Shown here: in pieces, positions 13,514 to 26,419 of the stretch
Layout: each line of letters opens with the position of its first letter
Numbering within the stretch: the first letter of the stretch is position 1
Notes under the pieces: generated by a model
Told to the model about the DNA's origin: nothing
Databases searched by the model: none
Seen by the model: only the letters and a program-made list of their open reading frames with translations
Source: Eledone cirrhosa
Lineage: Eukaryota
Direction: 5' to 3'
Assembly: GCA_964016885.1 (NCBI GenBank)
Contig: OZ024747.1
Location: 80,848,001-80,912,000, forward strand
DNA: 64,000 nt
Program-made: the position numbers and the translations under genes

Positions 13514-13552
13514 TGAACAAGTACTTTCATGCTTTCGCAATCTTCAGGTTCA
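13514..13552 (-). ncRNA. Minimal type I hammerhead ribozyme (family H1)
   Basis: TGAAC CTGAAGA T-TGC-GAAA-GCA-T GAAA GTAC TT GTTCA: both core boxes, 5-bp stem I, GNRA-capped stem II, palindromic stem III AGTACT. Confidence 0.88.
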
Positions 13553-13929
13553 TGATATGTGGTGACAGTCGAGTTTGCAATTTTCAACTGTAATGAGATG
13601 GGTAAATTTACTACCTTTTATACATTTTATACAGAGAAAAGTGGCTCCAGAATGCAAAGCCCTGTAAACTGTATTTCGACCAATCAGTGTGTAGTTTCAC
13701 TGAATTACTACAGCTGATTGGTTTAAGCGTCACGGCTGGTTGAGCATGCTAACGACCAATGGTCATACCCAACGTATCAATTGTTTTGCTTTTTGAAATG
13801 ATGAAAATAGCATTTTCTATTAATCATCACCATCAACATCACTTTTATTATTATTATTATTATTGTTGTTGTTGTTGTTGTTAGTGGTCGTGGTCATAGT
13901 GGTAGTAGAAGTAATACCCCTAGGCGTTA

Positions 13930-14376
13930 TTATTGTTCATTTAGCTTGGGTTTGAATTTATCAATAACATTCTTTTCTTTGATTTTTCTCTTGATTTCAC
14001 TTGGGCTGTGTAATTTGTAGAATGGGAATATTATAAATATTCCCTGACCACATGTTGCCAGGTGGCCGCTTAGGGGTATCTGACGGACAGTTGGCTCTCT
14101 GATTTGTTGACGGTGTACCCGTGCACGTTCCGATAGTGCATTTCCAGTTTGACCGACATATAGTTCTTCACAATTCGGGCATTTAATGCAGTAAATTAGA
14201 TTTCTGCTTTTGCAGTTCATATTTGCATTTGGGAATATTTTTCCAGTTTTTGTTTTCATATATTGTCCGGCGTGTATGGATTGACATGTGCCGCATCGAT
14301 TATCATTGCATTTAGATACAGTGAATGATTGGTCTTTGTTGTTAAGGTCAAACTTTGCTTTTGTTAGCAATTGCTT

Positions 14377-14378
<2 letters not shown>
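13930..14378 (-). CDS. PLE C-terminal GIY-YIG endonuclease fragment with Cys-rich linker
   Basis: CNDNRCGTC..C..NLIYCIKCPNC..LYVGQT..R..H..H..E..I..F.P.LN; the YIYI N-terminus of the predicted ORF is microsatellite. Confidence 0.9.
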
Positions 14379-14416
<38 letters not shown>

Positions 14417-14418
<2 letters not shown>

Positions 14419-14446
14419 AATCACTTGTTATTTCTGTTTACTTTTT

Positions 14447-14502
<56 letters not shown>

Positions 14503-14532
14503 AAAATGTAAACAGAAATAACAAGTGATTCT
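14417..14532. repeat. Palindrome centred on (CA)n(TA)n(TG)n
   Basis: agaatcacttgttatttctgtttac / gtaaacagaaataacaagtgattct arms around self-complementary microsatellites. Confidence 0.93.
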
Positions 14533-14619
14533 AATCGCTAAGATTGATGGTTTGCATCTTTTCCACGATTGTTTGAAACAGATCTGTATAGAAAATTTTA
14601 GGACCTTTAAATTTACCAT
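14531..14619 (-). pseudogene. Candidate terminal coding exon of an unidentified host gene
   Basis: Acceptor ctttctttcag|, phase 1, reading (D)GKFKGPKIFYTDLFQTIVEKMQTINLSD*. Confidence 0.4.
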
Positions 14620-14836
14620 CTGAAAGAAAGTATATATGCTTTCAATTTAATTAATTGTCCTATATAATACATGTACAAAATATTAGCAGTTTCTCAATTG
14701 TATATCTTTTAAACGTGTAGTATATACACACACACATATATATATATTCACGGTTGTTCTTGCTTCTTTTTTTAATGAACAAATACGCATATTGAAACAC
14801 ATGCCATAGTTTAATGTTTCGGTATATATATATATC

Positions 14837-14869
<33 letters not shown>

Positions 14870-15241
14870 CTACAGATATCCTGTAAATAAGTGCCGAAAC
14901 ATCTGGATCACGGGTTTACAGCTTACAAAGGATTCTTTCTTTTTTTTCTCCTCTTTTCTCCTCTTGTTCCGTCCAAACCACCATCCTAAACCTTGTTTTT
15001 AGTAACCACAGAGCTCCTTTCGTTTCTTTTCATTATATATATATATATATAATATATATATATATAGGGGGGTCTGGGTGTCTGTGTGTATATGTGTGTA
15101 AGAGAAATATATTCAGATATTATTGTTACTGCTTCACTTATAAAATGGCGTACCAATATCGTTGCAAGCTGCTCGCTTCTTCAAATATATTGCTATATAA
15201 GAAAAAAAATGATGCTGTAAAAATATGTTATATATAAATAT

Positions 15242-15426
15242 TTGTTTCTACTTTAGGCACAAGGCCAGCAATTACCCAGTGCATTACTGGTACTTTATTT
15301 TATCGACCCCGTAAGGATGAAAGGCAAAGTCAACCTCGGCGGGATTTGAACTCAGATCGTAAAGGGACGTAACTATGCTGGAAAGCATAGTTACGACCCT
15401 CTACCGATACTGCCAATCCACCGCCA
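15242..15426 (-). mobile_element. SINE family A
   Basis: Near-consensus reverse-complement copy. Confidence 0.9.
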
Positions 15427-16643
15427 TGTCATATATAAATATTATTTGGTCGATGGACAACATCGGCATTCACGGTTGTTCTTGCTTCTTTTTTTAATGA
15501 ACAAATACGCATATTGAAACACATGCCATAGTTTAATGTTTTACTCATCAGATGTGATGAATGTTAAAATTATTGTAGAGCTTGTTTTAATATGCAAGTT
15601 TGTGTGTCTACTGGAAAAGAAATTAACAATGTTATACAACATTGTGAAAATCATCTTTTTTGCCGTTTGAATATTATTGTTGGGTACAGTAGGACGGATA
15701 CACTTAATGTCTTCAATCCTGGCAATGGTATTTATTTTATCTACCAAGAGAAGACATTATGTAGACTCTTGATGTGTTATAAATAGAATATGGTTCTTTC
15801 TCGAAACACCCTAGTGATTTTTTACAGAACATATTGGGTAGTATTGACCGGTGTAAGGTATTTCCATAACGTGATTCCATCGTTATAACTTGAAATGCAG
15901 TTGATCATTATTCACATCCACCAGAGATGAGTTAGTGCTAAACAACAACAAACCACTGATGAAACTAAGTAAAGAAGGAGCATGTAAGCGACTACTTAAA
16001 TAATTATAAAAGTTAACTGCGTTCCTTCCCAACACTCTATTCTGAAAGAACGGCTGATGGCATACGATAAATCTCGATAGATTTTCTGGGTAAAATGTTT
16101 GACACAATCGTGTCTAGAAACCCTTAGATCGTAAATTCACTCGATAGCGACTGAACTGGAGATAGACAGCAGTAACGAAGGAGATGTGGAGCCGGAGACA
16201 AATGATTTAAATAGTACAAAGTGATTCCTTAGGCGTTCCACCGGACTAAACGCTTTACAATATTCAGAAGAAACATTGATTAATATTTTATTCTAAAATC
16301 TGCTATATTTAAAATCAAAGATATTCTATTTTTTTTCTGTTAATATATTTTAAGCGCCGGAGAGAATTGTAGAAATTAAGTTAAATTCAATGATATTCAG
16401 TTATTACAGAAGATGATCAATATAGAAAATCGCAGCATGCTACTAAAACACTTACGTATATGTGTGCGTATGTGTATATGTGTGTATGTATGTGTGTGTG
16501 TATGAGCGTGTGTATATGTATGTGTGTGTATGCGTACATACACCTGCATATTTTATATATATATATATGTGTGTGTATGTAAATATATGTAAATATATAT
16601 ATATATACATAGTTTAAGAATAGACAAGTCGCACACACAGATG

Positions 16644-16692
<49 letters not shown>

Positions 16693-16780
16693 TGTGCGTA
16701 TATATTTACATGCATACAACGCCTACATACATTTCTAACACTCACTCTCACTCTCTCTCTTTATATATATATATATATAT

Positions 16781-16904
<124 letters not shown>

Positions 16905-17339
16905 CTGTAGGTGGTTGCGTGTGTGTATATATATATATACATGTATATATGATCACAATCACATATGGTTATCATCTATCATAAATTTATTTGCTGCATT
17001 TTTTGTTTAATTTTCACAAATCTATTCATAAATATACTTCTATTTACATTAATTCCTATGCTTTAGATATTTGGCAGTGACATCACTTCTATACTCTTCT
17101 CATCAACCTTATATTGACGTTATCATTCTCACATTGTGTTCTACATTCACCAGTATCTGTGGGGGACAATTTATTTTCGTTCGTTCTTAATGATTACAAG
17201 TCACTGCATAAAGAACATGATGTTGTTGTTTGATATTTTACTTTCAGTATCTGACATGTTCAGTTTCCTTCAACCATCTCAAAATTCAAAATCAATGGCA
17301 CACGTTCAAATATTCGCATGACCACCATTCAATTACAGT

Positions 17340-18148
<809 letters not shown>

Positions 18149-18380
18149 GAGGTTATATTTAATTTGTTGGGATTCAACAAGCTTAAACAATTTTTATAAC
18201 TGATATGTCACATATCACCTTCTTCCAACAGTTTAATTTAAATAAACCGTTATCTTTTCACTCATTTGCATACTCACTCATAATTTTGTATCACCCTCAA
18301 TAAATGTAATATCACCACCGACCGTTAAGGTTGTCTTTTTTCCCGGGTATGTCAATATTTATTTATAAAACAAATCTGTA

Positions 18381-18442
18381 TTTTATCTGATGAAAACGCA
18401 CCATAATTTGCCTTGTTTGCCCTTGAAATATGTATAATAAAA
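18381..18442 (+). ncRNA. Decayed minimal hammerhead (family H3) in a probable PLE terminal remnant (~18146-18600)
   Basis: TTTTAT CTGATGA ...weak stem II... GAAA TATGTA TA ATAAAA; same layout as 37894-37960. Confidence 0.65.
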
Positions 18443-18787
18443 TAAATATGGTTTTATAAATATAGTTTCCATTTATTAATATATTGTATATATATTTATT
18501 AAAATTTATTGTTATTACTATTATATATATAATATATTTATATAATAGAAAAAACAAGGAAGTTTCCTTTACATATACAAAATATTCATTGTGTATCGAC
18601 CTGTTACATGCGTTTCGTAGAGGATTGGCTCAAGGTAACTGATAGGAGTAATTCACTGTACTACCCACACACACACACACTATATATAGGGATTAGCTGC
18701 ACAGTAAGCATTTGTATATATATATATATATATATATATATGGAGAAGAAGTTTTTGAAACGGAAATGCGGGTATAAAGAATTTATT

Positions 18788-18904
18788 AGGTAACAATTGT
18801 TTCTATAGTGTATGGGTTACCTATACCTCGCTATTTGAATAATATAAAAATATTATCATAAACCGAAGGTACACTGTAAGAAAACACACCATGTCTTCAG
18901 ACCT
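18788..18904 (-). ncRNA. Hammerhead ribozyme, long stem II (family H2), inverted pLTR copy
   Basis: Reverse complement of AGGT CTGAAGA..~90 nt..GAAA CAATTG TT ACCT. Confidence 0.75.
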
Positions 18905-19073
18905 TTGTAGTGGAATGATATGAAAATATTTTATACACTAGATATAAGATAAAGAAGGAGGTCGGAAGGGAAGGGGAAGAGGGAAGCGAGTAATGGGGAA
19001 GGAGTCCTAGGATTTACGACTGTCACAGTAGTAGAGATTGTGTATAAAATATTTTCATATCATTCCACTACAA

Positions 19074-19191
19074 AGGTCTGAAGACATGGTGTAGTTTTCT
19101 TACAGTGTACCTTCGGTTTATGATAATATATTTATATTATTCAAATAGCGAGGTATAGGTAACCCATACACTATAGAAACATTTGTTACCT
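19074..19191 (+). ncRNA. Hammerhead ribozyme family H2, 5' pLTR copy
   Basis: AGGT CTGAAGA...GAAA CATTTG TT ACCT; stem III palindrome has one substitution. Confidence 0.72.
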
Positions 19192-19398
19192 AATAAATTC
19201 TTTATACCCGCATTTCCGTTTCATAAATTTCTTCTCCATATTTTCTCCGGATTTTAAAACACACTTTATTATACGTTGAGCAATCTCCGACGTCGGTTGA
19301 CTCCATCCAATGCGACTACTTAGTAACATTGGAATACAAATTTACTAATTCTTCACACTCCTTTACAGTCGAGTAACCTATCAACCTACGTCTCGGAA

Positions 19399-21625
19399 AT
19401 GGAAAAACATCATTGTGGTATGTCCTTAAAAAACATACCCATTCAGGGTAAAAAAGAATACATTCTTGGTATGATACAAAGGACCAACGAATTTATTCGG
19501 CGGATTAGATAGAGGGCCTTCCACTTCGATAGGAAAAAGATTACACAAACTTCCGACACCAACAACGATAAGTTTGGTTTCAAATCCTACAAAAACCCAC
19601 CCTCTAACCCTCTTCTGGATTCTTTCGAGCAGGACTTAATGAAAATGATAACCGGAATCAAATTTACAAACGGAAGGAAAAACGAACTGCAACGAGATAT
19701 TAAAACTCTACTCGATAACCTAAGGAATACCAAAGGAATTATCATAAAGGCAGACAAAACATCAAATCTATACACCCTGGATGTAGAAACATATAATAAT
19801 TTTATACGTAAGGAATTACATAGGAAGTACAAAAAAACAAACGCAACTACACTAACCAACATTAATAACGCAGCATGTGATATTGTTAAGAAACTGAAAA
19901 TCGACGACCGAACGGTACCCCTATCTGACTTTTAATCTGAAGGACCATAAGGATAACTTCGATACCTACCCTAAAATTAGATTAATATGTCCTTCAAAGT
20001 CCGATATAGGTAGAATCAGTAAGTACATATTAGATCGTATTATCCCCCAAGTTAAGGCTAAGGTAGATATTAAATTATGGGGTAATACTCAACAGGCAAT
20101 AAGATGGTTCAATAACATTAGTGACAAAAACAAATCTTCTTTTATTCAATTCGATATAGATGAATACTATTCCTCTATTTCACCTGAAACCCTGCATAAG
20201 GCCCTCTCATTCGCTAAGGCTAACTCGGACCTCACAAACGAGGAAATTAATATTATACTTGAAGCTAGACGCACAGTAGTGCATTTTGAAAATAGTTATT
20301 GGGTCCGCAGAGATAGACCCTCGGAATTCGACATTACGAATCTGGTTGGGATCTATATAGCCCACAGACTCCAGAGCGAATTTGCGGACCTCCACGGCGG
20401 AATCTACCGCGACGATACACTTCTATTAGTCAAGAATATGAACAAACAAAACCTAGAAAGGCGACGTAAAAACATTAGGAAACTTTTCTTAGAACTAGGG
20501 CTTAATATTACCTTCGAACACAATCTTAAGGTGGTCAACTTCTTGGATGTTACCTTCAACCTTAATAACGGTAATATAGAGCCATTTCACAAACTTAATG
20601 AAAATCTCAAGTACGTTAATGTAAAATCGAACCATCCCCATTCCATTATTAAATCTATCCCTAAAAATATATCCATAAGGATCTCCCGACTGTCGTCTAA
20701 TTTGCAGACCTTCAACGAGCATGCTGAATATTATAATGACGCACTTAGAAAAGCTGGTTACTGCGAGAAAATAGAATATCTAGACGATAACCACATAAGT
20801 ACTATGAATAAAACACATCTAAGTCGAACTAGTATTGCACCACACACACACATCAATAGGCATACTAATAGGTGCAAACCAGCAAATAGAGTCAGACGTA
20901 GAGAGTACATATGGTATAACCCCGTGTACAATATTTCTATTAGCACTAAGATTATCTCACAATTCTATACACTAATCAATAAACACTTTACAACTTCACA
21001 TAAATACTATAAAATCTTTAACTCGCGCACCATTAGACTCTCATACTCCACTGCACCTAACACAGAACAACTAATTAAAAACTCAACTCAGCAATACTAA
21101 ATAAGTACATCCCTAACGACACAGCGCACCAGCATAGCAACATACAACGCACTAACACGCAACTACAAACCCACCAAACTATCCAGGATACTACTGCAAA
21201 ACATAAAAATAACTGTAACTGCACCAAACCAGGTACGTGCCCACTGAATAACCAGTGCCTAGCACGCAATATTGTCTACCGATGTACAATAAATTCCGGA
21301 ACCAACAAACGGTATTACGTCGGATGTACCGCAACATCTTTCAAAGCTCGCCTATACCAATATCGATCTTCGATCAGGCACGAGAAAATGCGCTCCGTAA
21401 CAACCCTCGCCGATAAAGCCTGGCAGCTCCGGAGGAACAATCAAGCATTCTCCCTTGATTGGCAAATTATTGCAACTGCGCCTGCATATAAGCAAAATCA
21501 TCGATTCTGTAAATTATGCAATATGTAGTTATACTGCATTTTAACGTCGGAAAACAAACTTTTGAAAAGCAAAATTGATACTGTAACCATCGTTTGAAAA
21601 CGACTTTTTCTTTTTTTAAATGCAT
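19399..21625 (+). pseudogene. PLE reverse transcriptase plus GIY-YIG endonuclease ORF (disrupted)
   Basis: ATG 19399 MEKHHCGMSLKNIP; TAG 19510; KADKT; frameshift ~19930; LKDHK..P.IRLI.P.KS.IG.ISK; FDIDEYYSSI; IYRDD; FLDVT; CNC..CPL..C; IVY..YVG; CKLC; CNH. Confidence 0.92.
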
Positions 21626-22030
21626 GTAATGCTACACCACCGTTTGCAAATTTCTGTTTTATATGTTTATACACACGATATGGCTTTCTATAATAATAGT
21701 ACTAAACACTGTTTTTGGACCCCTTTAGAAATAACCTGCTACTATAATAGCCCCAATAACTTGTCGGTAACTCTGTACCACTTTGACCCCTTTAACTAAA
21801 TTTTGTCCAAACAACACCACTAGAAGAATTTACTTCCCCCGCCAACCCTAACACGCCTCATTAAGCTAACTGCTGCCAAAGTATTCTCTCCTTACAATCT
21901 CTACTACTCTGATAGTCTTAAATCCTAAGACTCCCTCCCCCTGACTCGCTTCCCTCTTCCCCTTCCCTTCCTACCTCCTTCTTTATCTTATATCTAGTGT
22001 ATAAAATATTTTCATATCATTCTACTACAA

Positions 22031-22147
22031 AGGTCTGAAGACATGGTGTGTTTTCTTACAGTGTACCTTCGGTTTATGATAATATATTTATATTATTCAA
22101 ATAGCGAGGTATAGGTAACCCATACACTATAGAAACAATTGTTACCT
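22031..22147 (+). ncRNA. Hammerhead ribozyme family H2, 3' pLTR copy
   Basis: AGGT CTGAAGA catggtgtg...tacactata GAAA CAATTG TT ACCT, followed by AATAAA. Confidence 0.78.
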
Positions 22148-22298
22148 AATAAATTCTTTATACCCGCATTTCCGTTTCATAAACTTCTCCATATTTTCTC
22201 CGGATTTTAAAACACACTTTATTATACGTTGAGCAATCTCCGACGTCGGTTGACTCCATCCAATGCGACTACTTAGTAACATTGGAATACAAATTTAC

Positions 22299-22347
<49 letters not shown>

Positions 22348-22777
22348 AATATATACGGGCGCACACACACATATATATATGTTTGCGTAGAAATAGTTAA
22401 TCGAAACATTATCACACATATGGTAGGGTGAGAATATTTGTCACGTATTGTTCAGTTCAAACATCAATATATGTGGCCATATTATTAATAACAAAAAATT
22501 ATATTTGCATGGTTTCTTGTTTGGGTTAGGAGTGTACGGTTATTCGACAGATCAGTGAAAAAGAAACAACCTATATAATTGGTTTCAGACCCCATATCGT
22601 GATCATCAAACTTTGGCATGAATTTCAAACGCTTCATTTCTACCTTTTACTCTCCCATCATAGTCGTGTGAGAGTGTGTGTGTGTAGGTGTATGCTTGGG
22701 CACGCGTATGTATGTGTGGGTGTGTATGTTTGCTTGCGTGTGTCTTTATATATGTGGATATGTATAAATATATATAA

Positions 22778-22841
<64 letters not shown>

Positions 22842-23103
22842 ATGTATATATATATATGTGTGTGTGTGTGTGTGCGTGTGAGTGTGTGTGATTGTATGTG
22901 TACGGGTCTGATTTGTAATATAATCCTCCTTCTCATAATATTTTGACTAAGTCTGCTATAACTTGCGCCAAATAGTAAGGACTTAGGACTTCCATGCATC
23001 GAAAAAGATGATGTTGGTGACTTTGGGATTAGTAAAATAATCAATAGGGGTATGACAGCTATAACTCTGTGTGCTTATATATATATATATATATATATAT
23101 TAC

Positions 23104-23136
23104 CTACGCCAAATGCTGCGGTACAGGCGACAATAT
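23104..23136 (-). pseudogene. Candidate 33-nt exon of an unidentified host gene
   Basis: tttacaaattctataag|AT ATT GTC GCC TGT ACC GCA GCA TTT GGC GTA G|gtaata; phase 1-1, (D)IVACTAAFGV. Confidence 0.35.
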
Positions 23137-23351
23137 CTTATAGAATTTGTAAACAAAAAATAATTGATGCCTGTTTATTCTCATGTAAGCGATTTAAGTT
23201 TACATGTATGTATGTTTGGGCCTGTGTGTATATGTGACATTTTGTTTTTGCCAAGATTTTGCAATTTCATTAATGCTTTAGATAGAAGCGATGCAATACT
23301 TGATGCAGCTCTCTTCACTCACCGTTCAAATACCCCTAGTGTCGAACTTGC

Positions 23352-23430
23352 CTTTCAGTTCCTCAGGATTGCAGAAGAATGTACCCAACCCAAGGTAGGT
23401 GTATTCCTTTCACCTTCTAGCTTTCACATC
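23352..23430 (-). pseudogene. Candidate 79-nt exon with in-frame TGA and GC donor
   Basis: ttctcttccttgctatgcag| DVKARR*KEYTYLGLGTFFCNPEELK G|gcaagt; phase matches the next candidate exon. Confidence 0.4.
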
Positions 23431-23927
23431 CTGCATAGCAAGGAAGAGAAATGTTGTGCGTATCTGAGCGTAACAACACGGGCATCTACCCTACACTTTC
23501 AACACTACATTCTCTCAGCTAAATAATTATTGAATTTATAAACAAAAGTATATATCACTCATTGTTGAGCCTATTTTAAATAATATACACCTTGGATCCT
23601 TGTAGTGATCAGGCTATCAGATCTCCTTGTGTGTTTATAGATAGCTGATCACAATGTGCTTCCATTCTTCCATTGAAGATGTGCTTCTTTTGCAATTTGA
23701 CTCGAATACTTATTATCCTAGCAGTACATGAAACGTTAGACATAAAGCCACTAACTTGGAGAGAGGTAGAATCTACCAAATCGACTCCAGAAGGATGAAA
23801 GTCACAACTTATCTCAGGAGCTTAACTCAGAACATAAGAAGCCAGAGCAAATAATTTTGTTCGACACTCCAACAAATTCCACGAATTTACTGCTTATTTA
23901 TATTTCGTTCCACCAGCAGATCTGTGT

Positions 23928-24200
23928 GGAGGCGCGGGGCCTAGTGGTAAGAGTGTTGGACTTACGATGATAATGACGTGTGTGGTTCGATTCGTTGACT
24001 GGGTTGCCTGCTGTGTTCTTGAGCAAAGCACTTCCTTTCACGTCGCTCCCGTACACTCAGCTGCAATTAAGTACCAGCAATAGCTGGGGGATTAAACCTG
24101 CGATGAACTGGTGTCCAGTCCATGGGGTAGTGTTAAATTCTCAGTCACTTCACGCCATAAAACCAGGATAACCCCGGCCTAACAAGTTTTCTGGCTTAAG
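23928..24200 (+). mobile_element. tRNA-derived SINE family B
   Basis: A box ggcctagtgg, B box ggttcgattc, ttcttgagcaaagcactt, then cctgcgatgaactggtgtccagtcc. Confidence 0.75.
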
Positions 24201-25194
24201 ACAGACTTTAGACTTTTAGAGTGGGAGCCCAATGATATTGTAAAAATATGTTTAGAGCGTTTCATTTAATAAAATATTGAGACTAAAAGGCAATGTGGAG
24301 TTACATAGAAATAAATACTGTGATATATTCTATCATGTAGCTTTTGATTTCTAAACAAGTCGTAAGAGTGAATTTGATATTTCCGTCTCTCTTTCCGTAT
24401 ATTATCGATTATTCCTGCAGTACATAAACAGCTGTACACAAAGCTTATGAACCTCTTGAATCATTTCTAATAAAGCCTTCTTAACACAATTGTATGTTCT
24501 TGTATGACAGGGATATCATGTTTGCCGGAAACTGAGATTTCAAGGTGATATATTTCTTTCAAACTAGTGTCTCTCAGTTTTAACTAATTAATCGCTCTAA
24601 ATTTGATATATTTATCTATATAGATTTTTTCATTTTCACCGAACACTATCGCTAATTTGTATTATATGATAGAATAATTCTCAGTTTCACTATGAAGTGT
24701 TTATTCACTTATAAACATGAAATGCCTCACTTTTGCAGGCTCATAATTGGCAACTGTCAAAGGGGAGGCGTTGGTATTTACTCCGGCGCTTTGGGATCTG
24801 AGTTCAATTCTCGCCGAGGTCAACTTTACATTTCATATATTTAAGGTCTATAATTTAAGTAACAGTCCAGCTTGGTAGTTTCGGGGAATTGTTAAGAAGT
24901 TGGACGGGATGATTTGCGGTATCTGATCGGCTTCCACGTATTCTGAGTTCAAATCACGTCACGTTCTCACACGTATCGCGACCAGCAAATATTCTGGAAA
25001 CTCCAATGGAAACACGATTTCTTTAGTCTAATCGAACGATCATATCTGTTCCTTCTTATTGATTATCCTAATTTGAGCGCTCTAGCAATTGCTGATAAGT
25101 GTGTGTGTGTGTGTGTGTGTGTGCGTGTGTGTGCATGTGTGCGTGTGTGTGTGCGTGCCTTCGTGCGTGTTTCTATGTGCATAACCGAATAAAT

Positions 25195-25340
25195 AATTGT
25201 TTCTATTTTTGGCACAAAGCCAGCAGTTACCCCAGTACTGATGCTTTATTTTAACCACGGCGGGATTTGGACTCAGACCATAGAGGTCTAAAAATCTATG
25301 CTGCAAAGCATCGCGTGCGACCCTCTACCGATTCCGCCAA
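25195..25340 (-). mobile_element. SINE family A, internally deleted
   Basis: Head and tail present, central domain missing. Confidence 0.75.
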
Positions 25341-26419
25341 TAACCGAATAAATAATGCCTTGTAATCTCGCCACTAATTGCTTTTTTTTTCTTTTTCTTT
25401 TTCTTTTTCTTTTTCCTTCTTGTTTTCCTTTTTTCATGAATCATTTCAGCAAAATAGGGGCGAAGTGAAGTTTAGAAATATATTTTTATTAATAACAATT
25501 TTATTTATCTACTATTACTTAGAATGGCAAAAGTATGCATGGGTCTACTGAAAAGTTCAAAGGCTGACCAAGATACTTTCATTGAATTACCAAATGAGGT
25601 TTATTTTTCAATTTAGTCTCTGGAAAGAAACAAGGCAGTTATTAATAAAGAGAGCTGAAATTAATGCATGCAAGATTTCACAGCATTAGCATCACTCCTT
25701 CGTAGACAGTCTATGAGATTTTCAGCCCTTCCTTTTTAATCACAAAAATACCTATCTTACGCGGGGTAACATTCTAACGTATACTCGTATATAATTGTAG
25801 TTGTCAGCTTATTACTAATCATCAGATTCACACAGGACTGCGTTCAATATTCAATTAATTTTAACTACGTAATTGAATTTTGTCAGTCTACGACTTCAAA
25901 TATGGTAATGTCCGCTATAGTATTAAGTTTTCATTAGGCAAGATCTAATGGGTTTAATTAATTACAATTTGTCGGTTTGCTATATCAATTATACGATATA
26001 TAAATATATATAATTATTACGATTTTATACAGCTGGATTTCCTGAATATTTTCCCAAACATTCTTCGTATATTCATACATATCTCCCTACCTACCCACCG
26101 ACCTATCTACCTTCTTACATATCTACCTACCTACCTATCTATCTTCTTACATATCTACCTACCTACCTATCTATCTTACATATCTACCTACCTACCTATC
26201 TATCTATCTATCTATCTTGATAGAGTAAGACACGCTTCACATCGGCTCCGCTATTCTATCGGGATTTACCCTTACTAATGTAAGTACCGGATAAATTTTT
26301 CAGTGCAACACATTTGGAACACTAACCCCTGTTATTTAGGGAAACATTTTTGCATTTACCCCCTTTTTAGGGGGTAAAATAAATATCTAATTTTGCCGAA
26401 AAATTTCGTTCTTGGCAGC

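Larger units (their letters stand above)
13345..14378 (-). mobile_element. 5'-truncated Penelope-like element (Neptune-type), EN plus 3' pLTR, between (TA)n tracts
   Basis: GIY-YIG ORF followed on the same strand by an HHR-bearing terminal repeat that ends in (TA)n. Confidence 0.9.
18739..22303 (+). mobile_element. Full-length decayed Penelope-like element (Naiad-like) with inverted 5' pLTR and two direct pLTRs, inserted in (TA)n
   Basis: Inverted pLTR 18739-19040, direct repeats 19040-19350 and 21997-22303, RT+EN remnants between, (TA)n on both sides. Clade assignment is from recalled motifs. Confidence 0.93.

Noticed and set aside
18598-18650. Minus-strand GAAA CGCATG TA half motif
   Set aside because: No CTGANGA at a suitable distance.
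21200-21620. Selenocysteine recoding as reported for some Naiad PLEs
   Set aside because: Conserved Cys codons here and at 36279-36656 are TGT/TGC; the stops seen are TAG/TAA decay.
23104-23136. IVACTAAFGV(G) resembling RecQ helicase motif V
   Set aside because: Neighbouring candidate exons show no helicase motifs; match too short.
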